From the UHGV virus genome UHGV-0189314: a DNA stretch of 27,150 nt; one strand, written 5' to 3'. Position 1 is the first letter of the stretch. Every line of letters starts with the position of its first letter. Under the pieces are notes generated by a model. It searched no databases and was not told the DNA's origin. It was given only the letters and a program-made list of their open reading frames with translations. Position numbers and translations under genes: made by a program. This DNA is from a virus. Shown here one piece after another: positions 1 to 7,663 of this stretch.

Positions 1-6
1 CAGGAT

Positions 7-81
<75 letters not shown>

Positions 82-430
82 GAGAAACAAGCCTTACTGT
101 ATTGTGGCACTGGCGTATTTTTTATTACGTGGGGGCAGGTTGTTTTTAAATGACGTTTTGCTTTCTGGCTATGATGTTAGGTCGGGTGTAGCCTCAGTGC
201 TGATTTTTTACAATACCGGGATGGTGCAATATCGGTGGAGATTTTATATTTCCTGGCAGGGCCGATGATGCATCATCCCGGTGTTGTAAATAACACTAAA
301 GAGGTGTTCCTCAGTGCGAGGGTGGTTTCATGGGGAATCATAATATCTGTTGTAGGGATAGATATTTCAGGATGCACCCGACACTTCGATTTTTATTACA
401 ATAAAAATGGTTTATCTCATGCGTTGACTA

Positions 431-456
431 ACCGCCATACTTGGCGGTTTTTTTTA
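431..456 (+). terminator. Intrinsic-terminator-like hairpin (ACCGCCA-TACT-TGGCGGT) followed by T8
   Basis: Perfect 7-bp GC-rich stem, 4-nt loop, then TTTTTTTT at 449-456. Lies inside the dubious ORF 235-594. Confidence 0.5.
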
Positions 457-532
457 TTCCTGTACCAGATTAAAAAGCATGTGAACTCTGGAAAGCTTGT
501 GGGACAAGAACCTTGGGTAGCAATTTGCGAGA

Positions 533-542
533 GGGGGGGGGG
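533..542. repeat. Homopolymeric G10 tract
   Basis: Ten consecutive G at 533-542 (gagGGGGGGGGGGacg) in the non-coding leader. Confidence 0.9.
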
Positions 543-603
543 ACGTAGCGTGTTTGTTGGATTTAGACCGCGGGACAAAATCCATGAAGAATAATAAGTA
601 TCT

Positions 604-630
604 GCCTCCTTTCGGAGGCGTTCTTATATT
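604..630 (+). terminator. Intrinsic-terminator-like hairpin (GCCUCC-UUUC-GGAGGC) with U-rich tail
   Basis: 6-bp stem with tetraloop at 604-619, followed by ttcttatatt. Confidence 0.45.
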
Positions 631-726
631 AGTAAGCATCATAAATGGTTTAAATTTTCAGATTAATAATAATTTTAGATAAGCTTAATTTTATTTCTTC
701 ACGACATATCCTGCGCACATCAAATA

Positions 727-767
727 ACGCCCCATAAAAGGCATCTGCGGTGTTTTTAATGGGGCGT
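727..767 (+). promoter_or_regulatory. 9-bp inverted repeat ACGCCCCAT / ATGGGGCGT with 23-nt loop, upstream of holin
   Basis: Arms at 727-735 and 759-767 are exact reverse complements; followed by AGTTTTTA. Possible RNA structure or protein-binding palindrome. Confidence 0.35.
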
Positions 768-776
768 AGTTTTTAC

Positions 777-802
777 GGGCCGCTGGTGGCCCTTTTTTAT
801 TT
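777..802 (+). terminator. Intrinsic terminator-like hairpin (GGGCC-GCTGGT-GGCCC) + TTTTTTATTT, 15 nt upstream of the holin start
   Basis: 5-bp GC stem, 6-nt loop, T-tract 793-802; RBS CAGGAG at 805-810 and ATG at 818 follow. Position is analogous to lambda tR' ahead of S. Confidence 0.5.
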
Positions 803-817
803 ACAGGAGAAAAAAGT

Positions 818-1210
818 ATGTCTGAACCCTTATCCGGTTCCGGCGCAGCTGTGGCGCTTGGTGGGGCGACGGTATTCGGGCTGTTTACCGGAACGGATTT
901 CGGGATTGTGTTTGGTGCGTTCGCCGGGGCGTTATTTGTGGCAACGATGCCGCAGGCGCTTTCAGCCTGGCGTGTGGCGGCGCATTTTCTGGTGTCGTTC
1001 ATTATCGGCGTGCTGGGCGCAGAGGTTCTGGCATCCGGGCTGGTAAAGCATACAGAGTTTGACGGTGCACCTGTCGACGCATTGTGTGCAGTACTGGTGT
1101 CAGTGGTGTCGGTGAAGATTCTGTCGTTCATCCACCAGCAGGATATCGCATCACTGGTGTCCGGCCTGTTCTCACGCCTGCGGGGCGGAGGAGACGGCAA
1201 TGTTAAGTAA
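818..1210 (+). CDS. Holin-like multi-pass membrane protein (130 aa)
   Basis: RBS CAGGAG 8 nt upstream. Three to four Gly/Ala-rich hydrophobic segments (GAAVALGGATVFGLFTG, GIVFGAFAGALFVA, FLVSFIIGVLGAEVLASGLV, LCAVLVSVVSVKILSF). First gene of a three-gene block ending in an endolysin, overlapping the next gene by 11 nt. Confidence 0.55.
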   Translation: MSEPLSGSGAAVALGGATVFGLFTGTDFGIVFGAFAGALFVATMPQALSAWRVAAHFLVSFIIGVLGAEVLASGLVKHTEFDGAPVDALCAVLVSVVSVKILSFIHQQDIASLVSGLFSRLRGGGDGNVK

Positions 1211-1478
1211 CCTTCCGGGATTGCTGAATGTGGCGTTATGCACGGTTATCGTGCTGACGCTCTTTTTTTATCGTCGCCGTGATTCCAGACATAAACCGCT
1301 GATGTCATGGCTGGCCTGGCTGCTGATGCTGCTTTATGGCTTTGTTCCACTCAGCTATCTGTGCGGTCGCCCGTTAGCGGCGAACTGGCTGGCGGTAGGG
1401 CTTAATCTGCTGTTCTGCGTGCTGGTGATTTGCGCACGCGGGAACGTTTCAAAAATCCTTGTATTACGAAGGCGCTGA
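1200..1478 (+). CDS. Class-I-holin-like membrane protein (92 aa; holin or antiholin partner)
   Basis: RBS GGAGGAG 6 nt upstream. Three predicted TM helices and a basic C-terminus (KILVLRRR) as in lambda-S-type holins. Stop at 1476-1478 sits 1 nt before the endolysin ATG. Confidence 0.55.
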   Translation: MLSNLPGLLNVALCTVIVLTLFFYRRRDSRHKPLMSWLAWLLMLLYGFVPLSYLCGRPLAANWLAVGLNLLFCVLVICARGNVSKILVLRRR

Positions 1479-1479
1479 T

Positions 1480-2025
1480 ATGAAGTCGAAAGATGAAATT
1501 TTTGACGAAGTTCTGGGAAAAGAGGCCGGTTACGTCAATCACCCGGATGATAAAGGTGGTCCGACTAAATGGGGAATTACTGAAAAAGTTGCCCGTGCGC
1601 ACGGATATCAGGGTGATATGTGTAACCTGACACGCGCTCAGGCGCTGGAAATACTTGAAGCGGACTACTGGTACGGACCACGATTCGACCAGATTGCCAG
1701 CCTGTCTCCTGATATTGCCGCAGAGCTGTGTGACACGGGCGTGAACATGGGGCCAACCGTGGCGTCAAAAATGCTTCAACGCTGGCTGAACGTTTTCAAC
1801 CTGCGCGGGAAACTGTATCCGGATATGGATGCAGATGGACGCATCGGACCGCGTACCATCAATGCGTTACGGGCATATCTGCAAAATCGTGGCAGGGATG
1901 GAGAGCTGGTAATGCTGACCGCGCTGAACTGTACGCAGGGTGACCGCTATCTGGAGTTGGCAGAGAAGCGCGAGGCTAACGAGTCGTTTGTCTACGGCTG
2001 GATGAAAGAGCGCGTGGTGGTTTAA
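1480..2025 (+). CDS. Endolysin: GH108-type muramidase domain + peptidoglycan-binding domain
   Basis: N-terminus LGKEAGYVNHPDDKGGPTKWGIT is the GH108 catalytic-Glu region (E-x-G-Y motif) and the C-terminal half resembles the PG_binding_3 domain of TtsA-like / phage endolysins (recalled, not searched). ATG at 1480 preferred over the ORF-track start at 1459. Confidence 0.85.
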   Translation: MKSKDEIFDEVLGKEAGYVNHPDDKGGPTKWGITEKVARAHGYQGDMCNLTRAQALEILEADYWYGPRFDQIASLSPDIAAELCDTGVNMGPTVASKMLQRWLNVFNLRGKLYPDMDADGRIGPRTINALRAYLQNRGRDGELVMLTALNCTQGDRYLELAEKREANESFVYGWMKERVVV

Positions 2026-2250
2026 AAACTGACACTGAAGTGCTGAACACCCTCAACTCATGCAGGTTCTTTTCTGGGGTTACGATAGTCGCAAGCATGG
2101 GCAATAGCGCCAGATGGTAAAAAGCAAAACCCCGGCTGCGGGAACAGTCCGGGATTTTTGGTTTTCACGCCAAAGAGGAAATTGTGATCAGTGAGTACGG
2201 AGAAAATCCTCTTGGGAAAGTATAAAAGATTCTTTTTGAGGTTGTCCATT

Positions 2251-2364
2251 ATGAAAGGCATAGAAGTTGAAACTCCCGCGAGTCTTGATTTGACAAGGGC
2301 TGCGGCCTTTGCAATTCGCCTTGTAGCAGTCGCTATTCTGATTTGGGCTGTGCGTTGGTGGTGA
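2251..2364 (+). CDS. Small hypothetical membrane protein (37 aa, C-terminal TM helix)
   Basis: MKGIEVETPASLDLTRAAAFAIRLVAVAILIWAVRWW read in frame; below the ORF-track cutoff. Stop TGA at 2362-2364 is 1 nt before the next ORF's ATG. Weak RBS. Confidence 0.3.
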   Translation: MKGIEVETPASLDLTRAAAFAIRLVAVAILIWAVRWW

Positions 2365-2365
2365 T

Positions 2366-2548
2366 ATGACACGAAAACACTGGACACACAGAATGCCGCG
2401 AACGGCGGCGAAATGGGCACTGGTAGCGATACTGGTGCCTTTTTTATTGGTGGGATGTGTCAGCCTGGATAAAGCGCGCCAGCTTTTCGATACAGCTTCA
2501 CAGGTCTGCAAAATTGTCGACAGTGTCCAGCAGTGTATGCAGAACTGA
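2366..2548 (+). CDS. Small putative lipoprotein (lipobox LLVG-C); alternative start at 2393
   Basis: Signal peptide: basic n-region, hydrophobic WALVAILVPFLLVG, then Cys. The 30-aa mature part CVSLDKARQLFDTASQVCKIVDSVQQCMQN has 3 Cys and no prolines, so it is not a typical Rz1-type o-spanin. Confidence 0.4.
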   Translation: MTRKHWTHRMPRTAAKWALVAILVPFLLVGCVSLDKARQLFDTASQVCKIVDSVQQCMQN

Positions 2549-2878
2549 TAGACTGTGAGAGCAGAATATTTTGCTGAAAAATAAAAGACGCGTCGGCATC
2601 CGGAAAGCGTAGAGTTCTGCTACGTGTGCCAATTTTATCTTATTCATTCTAAATCTTGCCAAATCAAATGGAGCTTTGCTCAACTGCCCGGGTGGGAAGG
2701 GGCATTAAAACACGGGAAAATTATGTGGAAATCTACAGGAGTCAAGTTAATCACCGTATTGATTGACGGCAAACCACAATACTCACTTATTGAAATGAGC
2801 GGTCAGCATGCTTGTTTGGTTCGTGAGTAACAGGCATTACAGCAGTCCTCTCTCACTGAAGGGGGCTGCTGTAATGTG

Positions 2879-3085
2879 TTAGCTGTTTTTTATGAATCCG
2901 TTGACGACCCATCCGACAAATCTGAGAACACCATATATCAGCAAGGCACATGTCAGTGAAGTCAATATATCAAGCAGTGAGAAGCCTTGCGTATCTGTTG
3001 GTGAAAATAAAAGACCAAAGATGAACACCAGTGTAGCCAGCAGAATGCCCAGTCTATGGAACCCGTTCGAAATAGTGTTTTGCAT
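2879..3085 (-). CDS. Small two-TM membrane protein (68 aa) between lysis genes and cos; possible moron
   Basis: Minus-strand ORF with two hydrophobic helices (LGILLATLVFIFGLLF and LTSLTCALLIYGVLRFVGWVV). Occupies the position and orientation of bor in lambda, but has no lipobox. Confidence 0.35.
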   Translation of the reverse strand: MQNTISNGFHRLGILLATLVFIFGLLFSPTDTQGFSLLDILTSLTCALLIYGVLRFVGWVVNGFIKNS

Positions 3086-3255
3086 TTTTGTTTTCCGTAT
3101 CAGGTTGTAATGGTTTAGTTATTTTAGCATCTGGATAATGAGGTTCTAATCGTCTGGATATACCGGAAGCGATGGGGGGCGTTTGTTGAGTCTGATATTT
3201 ATTAAAATGATAACTTTTTCTCATTTTTACGGGTCCTTTCCAGAATCCGAAACAC

Positions 3256-3269
3256 CGGGGGTCGGTGGA
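3256..3269 (+). other. cosN-like cohesive-end site (approximate)
   Basis: GGGGGTCGGTGGA-CGCGCAAAAACG-CGCTATTTATGAGATTTTTT parallels lambda cosN and flank GGGCGGCGACCT-CGCGGGTTTT-CGCTATTTATGAAAATTTT (recalled). The CGCTATTTATGA block is identical, and the site lies ~220 bp upstream of the Nu1 start, as in lambda. Confidence 0.5.
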
Positions 3270-3309
3270 CGCGCAAAAACGCGCTATTTATGAGATTTTT
3301 TGAGGGGGT

Positions 3310-3455
3310 GGTTGTTGTTTAATTGTTTGTTATATCTCATTGATAAGTAAGAATAAACAGAAATAAATACAACAACCTGATGATGCTTTTTGATGTGATC
3401 GATGTATGAAATATAAATAAAATCAAATGGTTTCGTAAAAATACAAGGTTGTTGT
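3310..3455 (+). promoter_or_regulatory. cosB-like region with three copies of GGTTGTTGT (R-like terminase small-subunit binding repeats)
   Basis: GGTTGTTGT at 3310-3318 (+), its complement ACAACAACC at 3369-3377, and GGTTGTTGT at 3447-3455 (+); AT-rich spacers. Mirrors the lambda R3/R2/R1 layout between cosN and Nu1. Confidence 0.45.
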
Positions 3456-3487
3456 ATCGTTTTTTATCGATGGCTTATGGAGAGGAG

Positions 3488-3994
3488 ATGGCCTGTTTAT
3501 TGAATAAAAGCGATATGGCCTCCTCCATCGGTATATCCGTTCAGGCATTTGATAAATGGGGCGTTCCTCCTGTTGAGCGTCGGGGAAGGGAAGTTTTTTA
3601 TGATGTTAAAACCGTGCTGGAAATCGATCGCGAGCGACGACAGCACAATCAGAGAGCACCTGATGACGGGAGTGATCTGGAGGAAAGATTACTCCGGGCC
3701 AGAACTGAACTGACGGAAGAACAGGCCGTAGCTCAAAAACTTAAAAATCAGGTAACCGAAGGTAAGCTCATCGATTCAGAGTTCTGTGTTTTCGCCCTCA
3801 GCAAACTGGCGATGGCATTGTCCAGTACGCTTGATTCCATTCCTTTATCCATGCAGCGACAGTTCCCGGATTTAACCCCGCGTCATATTGATTATCTGAA
3901 AACCCTTATCGCAAAAGGAGCGAATCAGTGTGCGCGGGCAGGGGATAAATTGCCGGAGTTACTCGATGAATATATCCAGACAACAACTGAATAA
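3488..3994 (+). CDS. nu1: Terminase small subunit (lambda Nu1-like)
   Basis: RBS GGAGAGGAG then ATG at 3488. C-terminal FCVFALSKLAMALSSTLDSIPLSMQRQFPDLTPRHIDYLK...LPELLDEYIQ aligns with lambda Nu1 ...FCTFVLSRIAGEIASILDGLPLSVQRRFPELENRHVDFLK...IPGLLSEYIE (recalled). 3' end overlaps the A start, as in lambda. Confidence 0.85.
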   Translation: MACLLNKSDMASSIGISVQAFDKWGVPPVERRGREVFYDVKTVLEIDRERRQHNQRAPDDGSDLEERLLRARTELTEEQAVAQKLKNQVTEGKLIDSEFCVFALSKLAMALSSTLDSIPLSMQRQFPDLTPRHIDYLKTLIAKGANQCARAGDKLPELLDEYIQTTTE

Positions 3995-5882
3995 TATGAT
4001 GCTCGCCGTCACAACCGCATTACAGCCACTGATAAGGGCACTGCCGGTGACGCCGGTTGAGTGGGCTGATCAAAATTATTATCTGCCCAAAGAGTCGTCA
4101 TACGGTGAGGGGGAATGGAAAACCCTGCCGTTCCAGGTCGCCATCATGAACAGCATGGGTAATGACCGGATCCGTACTGTTAATCTGATTAAATCAGCGC
4201 GCGTGGGTTATACCAAAATGCTGTTGGGCGTGATCGGGTATTTTATTGAGCATAAATCCCGTAGCAGTCTGCTTTTTCAGCCGACAGATTCTGCAGCTGA
4301 AGATTTTATGAAAGCGCATGTGGAAGCTACATTGCGGGATGTTCCCTGCCTTAAAGCGTTGTCTCCATGGCTGGGCAAAAAACATCGTGACAACACGCTC
4401 ACTCTGAAGCGTTTTTCCTCCGGTGTGGGGTTCTGGTGCCTGGGCGGTGCCGCAGCTAAAAACTACCGTGAAAAATCTGTGGATGTGGTCTGCTATGACG
4501 AACTCTCCTCGTTTGAACCGGATGTGGAAAAAGAAGGCTCGCCGACGCTGCTTGGCGATAAACGTATCGAAGGCTCGGTATGGCCTAAATCCATACGCGG
4601 CTCAACGCCAAAAATTAAAGGCTCCTGCCAGATTGAGAAAGCCGCGAATGAATCTGCGCATTTCATGCGGTTTTATGTCCCTTGCCCTCATTGCGGGAAG
4701 GCCCAGTATCTGAAGTTTGGCGATGATGCGACGCCGTTTGGCCTGAAATGGGATAAGGGTAAACCGGAAACGGTGTATTACCTGTGTGAACATAATGGCT
4801 GTGTGATCCGGCAGTCGGAACTTGACCAGAGCGACGGACGCTGGATTTGTGACAATACCGGGATGTGGACGCGTGATGGCCTTACATTTTACAGCGCCGG
4901 TGATGAGGAGATACCGCCACCGCGCTCAGTCACGTACCACGTGTGGACAGCGTACAGTCCGTTCACCACCTGGGTGCAGATTATCTACGACTGGCTGGAT
5001 GCGCTGAAGGACCCGAACGGCGTCAAGACGTTTATTAATACCACGCTCGGGGAGCCCTATGAAGAGGCTGTGGCAGAAAAACTGAGCTTTGAGTTGTTGC
5101 TGGAAAAAGTCTGCCACTATGGTGCGCAGGTTCCCCTGCGGGTGGTTTACCTTACCGCCGGGATCGACTCCCAGAAAGATCGCTATGAAATTTATGTCTG
5201 GGGCTGGGCTCCCGGCGAAGAAGCCTTTCTGATTGATAAGCAAATTATCATGGGGCGACCGGAAGACGAGGACACCCTGAAACGTGTTGATACGGTGATC
5301 CGGAAAAAATACCGCCATGCTGACGGTACTGAAATTTCCATTTCCCGCGTCTGCTGGGATACCGGTGGTATCGACCAGGACATTGTGTATCAGCGTTCCA
5401 GAAAACACGGCACTTTTTTTGTGCTTCCCATAAAAGGGGCATCGGTGTACGGCAAGCCGGTGATCACCATGCCCAAAAAGCGCAACCAGCGTGGCGTGTT
5501 TCTGTGTGAGGTGGGTTCCGACACCGTCAAGGAAATGCTGTATGCCCGTTTTGCCCTGCCGGTGGTTCCTGCCAGTGAAGCCGCTCCGTATACCTTCCGT
5601 TTTCCGGATAACCCGGACATTTTTTCGGAAGAAGAAGCACGTCAAATCGTGGCGGAAGAACTGGTGGAAAAGGTGGTTAATGGCAGGGTGAAACTGCTGT
5701 GGGATAAAAAAGGGCGACGCAACGAAGCCCTCGACTGCCTGGTATATGCCTATGCTGCCCTGCGTATTTCAGTACAACGATGGCAACTGGACCTTGAGGC
5801 ACTGGCCAGGGCACGAAGAGACGAGCAGGATGAGGATGATATGAGTCTGGAAGAAATTGCGGCTGCACTGAGTGGAGGATAA
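3966..5882 (+). CDS. A: Terminase large subunit (lambda gpA-like)
   Basis: Near-colinear match to lambda gpA throughout (MNISRQQ..., EWADQNYYLPKES, WCLGGAAAKNYREKSVDVVCYDEL, YVPCPHCG, VYGKP, RRNEALDC). Start at ATG 3966, not the ORF-track 3930. Confidence 0.95.
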   Translation: MNISRQQLNNMMLAVTTALQPLIRALPVTPVEWADQNYYLPKESSYGEGEWKTLPFQVAIMNSMGNDRIRTVNLIKSARVGYTKMLLGVIGYFIEHKSRSSLLFQPTDSAAEDFMKAHVEATLRDVPCLKALSPWLGKKHRDNTLTLKRFSSGVGFWCLGGAAAKNYREKSVDVVCYDELSSFEPDVEKEGSPTLLGDKRIEGSVWPKSIRGSTPKIKGSCQIEKAANESAHFMRFYVPCPHCGKAQYLKFGDDATPFGLKWDKGKPETVYYLCEHNGCVIRQSELDQSDGRWICDNTGMWTRDGLTFYSAGDEEIPPPRSVTYHVWTAYSPFTTWVQIIYDWLDALKDPNGVKTFINTTLGEPYEEAVAEKLSFELLLEKVCHYGAQVPLRVVYLTAGIDSQKDRYEIYVWGWAPGEEAFLIDKQIIMGRPEDEDTLKRVDTVIRKKYRHADGTEISISRVCWDTGGIDQDIVYQRSRKHGTFFVLPIKGASVYGKPVITMPKKRNQRGVFLCEVGSDTVKEMLYARFALPVVPASEAAPYTFRFPDNPDIFSEEEARQIVAEELVEKVVNGRVKLLWDKKGRRNEALDCLVYAYAALRISVQRWQLDLEALARARRDEQDEDDMSLEEIAAALSGG

Positions 5883-5885
5883 GTG

Positions 5886-6095
5886 ATGATTTATACACAT
5901 GAGATGCTTTGCGAAGCGCGTCGGGCGCTGCATGAACTGATGATCGGGCGTGCTGTGGCTTCTGTCAGTAAGAACGGACGACAGGTACAGTATTCGCGGG
6001 CGACGATTAATGAATTACGGCGATATATTGAGGAAATTGAAAGTGCGCTTGGAATGTCCGGTCGTCGCCGTGGCCCTGCAGGAATACGACTGTGA
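5886..6095 (+). CDS. W: Head-tail joining protein (lambda gpW-like)
   Basis: ARRALHELMIGRAVASVSKNGRQVQYSRATINELRRYIEEIESALG...RRRGPAG matches lambda W ([28 protein letters not shown]...RRRGPAG). Alternative GTG start at 5883. Confidence 0.85.
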   Translation: MIYTHEMLCEARRALHELMIGRAVASVSKNGRQVQYSRATINELRRYIEEIESALGMSGRRRGPAGIRL

Positions 6096-7663
6096 GCGGG
6101 GGACTGGTGGATCTTCACGGACAACCTTTGCGGCAGAGTATGGGATATTCCGGCGGCGGCTCCGGATTCGGAGGGCAACTGGCTGAATGGTTGCCAGCAC
6201 CGGAAAGTGCCGATGTGGCGCTCTTACCTTCCATTCAGTTGGGTAACGCCCGTGCGGACGATCTGGTCCGTAACAACGGTATTGCCGCAAATGCTGTGGA
6301 AATTCATAAAGACCATATCGTCGGTCACATGTTTCGCCTGAGCTACCGACCCAACTGGCGCTGGCTGGGGATGTCAGAAGCTGATTCGCATGCCTTTATT
6401 GAAGATGTGGAGGCGGCGTGGGTGGAATATTGCGATCCGGTATTTGGTTCGATGGATGTGGAAGGGCGTCGCTCGTTTACCGAATTTATTCGTGAAGGGG
6501 TGGGCGTTCATACGTTTAACGGTGAAATTTTTGTCCAGCCCGTATGGGATACGGAATCCACGTCATTATTCAGAACAAAATTCAAGACCATCAGTCCGAA
6601 GCGCGTCAGCACGCCCGGTTATGGCATCGGCGATCGTTTTATGCGTGCCGGGGTGGAAATCAACCGGTACGGAAAAGCACTGGCCTACCATGTTCAGGAA
6701 GATGACTGGCCCGGTTACGGTGTCAGCAACTGGACACGGATTGCGGCGACGCTGCCCTCCGGGCGACCGGGAATGATCCATGTGTTTCAGCCGCAGGAAG
6801 ACGGACAGACGCGCGGGGCCAACCAGTTTTATTCCGTGATGGAGCGCCTCAAGATGCTCGACACACTGCAGGCCACGCAACTGCAGTCGGCGGTGGTGCG
6901 GGCGATGTATGCCGCGACGATTGAATCCACACTGGATTCGGAAAAAGCATTTGAATATATCGCCGGGGTGGGAGATGGCGGTAAAAATCCCCTGAACACC
7001 ATCATGAAAGGCTATGCGCGCTATTACGCCACCAATACGGTAAAGATGGGTGGGGTTCGTATTCCGCATCTTTATCCGGGGGATTCACTGAATCTGCAGA
7101 CAGCACAGAATGCGGATAATGGTTTCTCTGAACTGGAAAAGGCGCTGTTACGTTACATTGCTGCCGGACTGGGCGTGTCCTATGAGCAGCTTTCCCGCGA
7201 TTATTCACAGGTCAGTTATTCCAGTGCCAGAGCATCCGCCAATGAGTCGTGGCGGTATTTTATGGGGAAACGAAAATTTGTGGCCAGCCGACTGGCGTCA
7301 CAGATGTTTGCCTGCTGGCTGGAGGAAGCCCTTATTCGCGGTGTGATCCGCCCGCCGAAATCCCGTTTTTCATTCTGGGAGGCCCGTTCCGGATGGTGTC
7401 GTGCCGAGTGGATTGGTGCCGGTCGCATGGCAATTGATGGTCTTAAGGAAGTGCAGGAAGCGGTGATGCGTATTGAAGGTGGTTTAAGCACGTACGAGAA
7501 AGAGCTGGCCCTGATGGGCGATGACTATCAGGAGATTTTCCGCCAGCAACTGCGTGAAAGCCAGGAGCGACAGGCTGCGGGTCTTCCCCGCCCCATCTGG
7601 ATAAAGGACACGTTTCAGCAGCAGATCCGACAGACAACGGGAGAAAAAGGCGATGCGTCGTAA
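6092..7663 (+). CDS. B: Portal protein (lambda gpB-like)
   Basis: GTG start overlapping the W stop (GTGA). Long colinear identity to lambda gpB (GGGSGFGGQL, GNARADDLVRNNG, FRTKFKTISPKR, HVFQPQEDGQTRGANQFYSVMERLKMLDTLQ, SYEQLSRDYSQVSYSSARASANESW). Confidence 0.95.
   Translation: MSGGLVDLHGQPLRQSMGYSGGGSGFGGQLAEWLPAPESADVALLPSIQLGNARADDLVRNNGIAANAVEIHKDHIVGHMFRLSYRPNWRWLGMSEADSHAFIEDVEAAWVEYCDPVFGSMDVEGRRSFTEFIREGVGVHTFNGEIFVQPVWDTESTSLFRTKFKTISPKRVSTPGYGIGDRFMRAGVEINRYGKALAYHVQEDDWPGYGVSNWTRIAATLPSGRPGMIHVFQPQEDGQTRGANQFYSVMERLKMLDTLQATQLQSAVVRAMYAATIESTLDSEKAFEYIAGVGDGGKNPLNTIMKGYARYYATNTVKMGGVRIPHLYPGDSLNLQTAQNADNGFSELEKALLRYIAAGLGVSYEQLSRDYSQVSYSSARASANESWRYFMGKRKFVASRLASQMFACWLEEALIRGVIRPPKSRFSFWEARSGWCRAEWIGAGRMAIDGLKEVQEAVMRIEGGLSTYEKELALMGDDYQEIFRQQLRESQERQAAGLPRPIWIKDTFQQQIRQTTGEKGDAS

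Noticed and set aside
235-594. 119-aa ORF in the leader after the tRNA
   Set aside because: It contains an intrinsic terminator hairpin (431-456) and the G10 tract, has an odd low-complexity Trp/His/Phe-rich translation, no convincing RBS, and resembles nothing I know; more likely non-coding leader or sRNA region.
818-2025. Holin/endolysin (GH108, TtsA-like) cassette as a dedicated protein-secretion system
   Set aside because: The cassette sits directly upstream of cos and the terminase genes, the standard lysis-module position in lambdoid phages, with no adjacent toxin/chitinase-type cargo; kept only as a remote alternative.
4926-5645. Long minus-strand ORFs antisense to structural genes (4926-5645, 8136-8819, 10381-10965, 13628-14086, 17108-17650, 22573-22902, 23071-23553)
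   Set aside because: Each lies entirely inside a confidently identified + strand gene; translations are Arg/Cys/His-rich low-complexity typical of antisense frames in GC-rich coding DNA.
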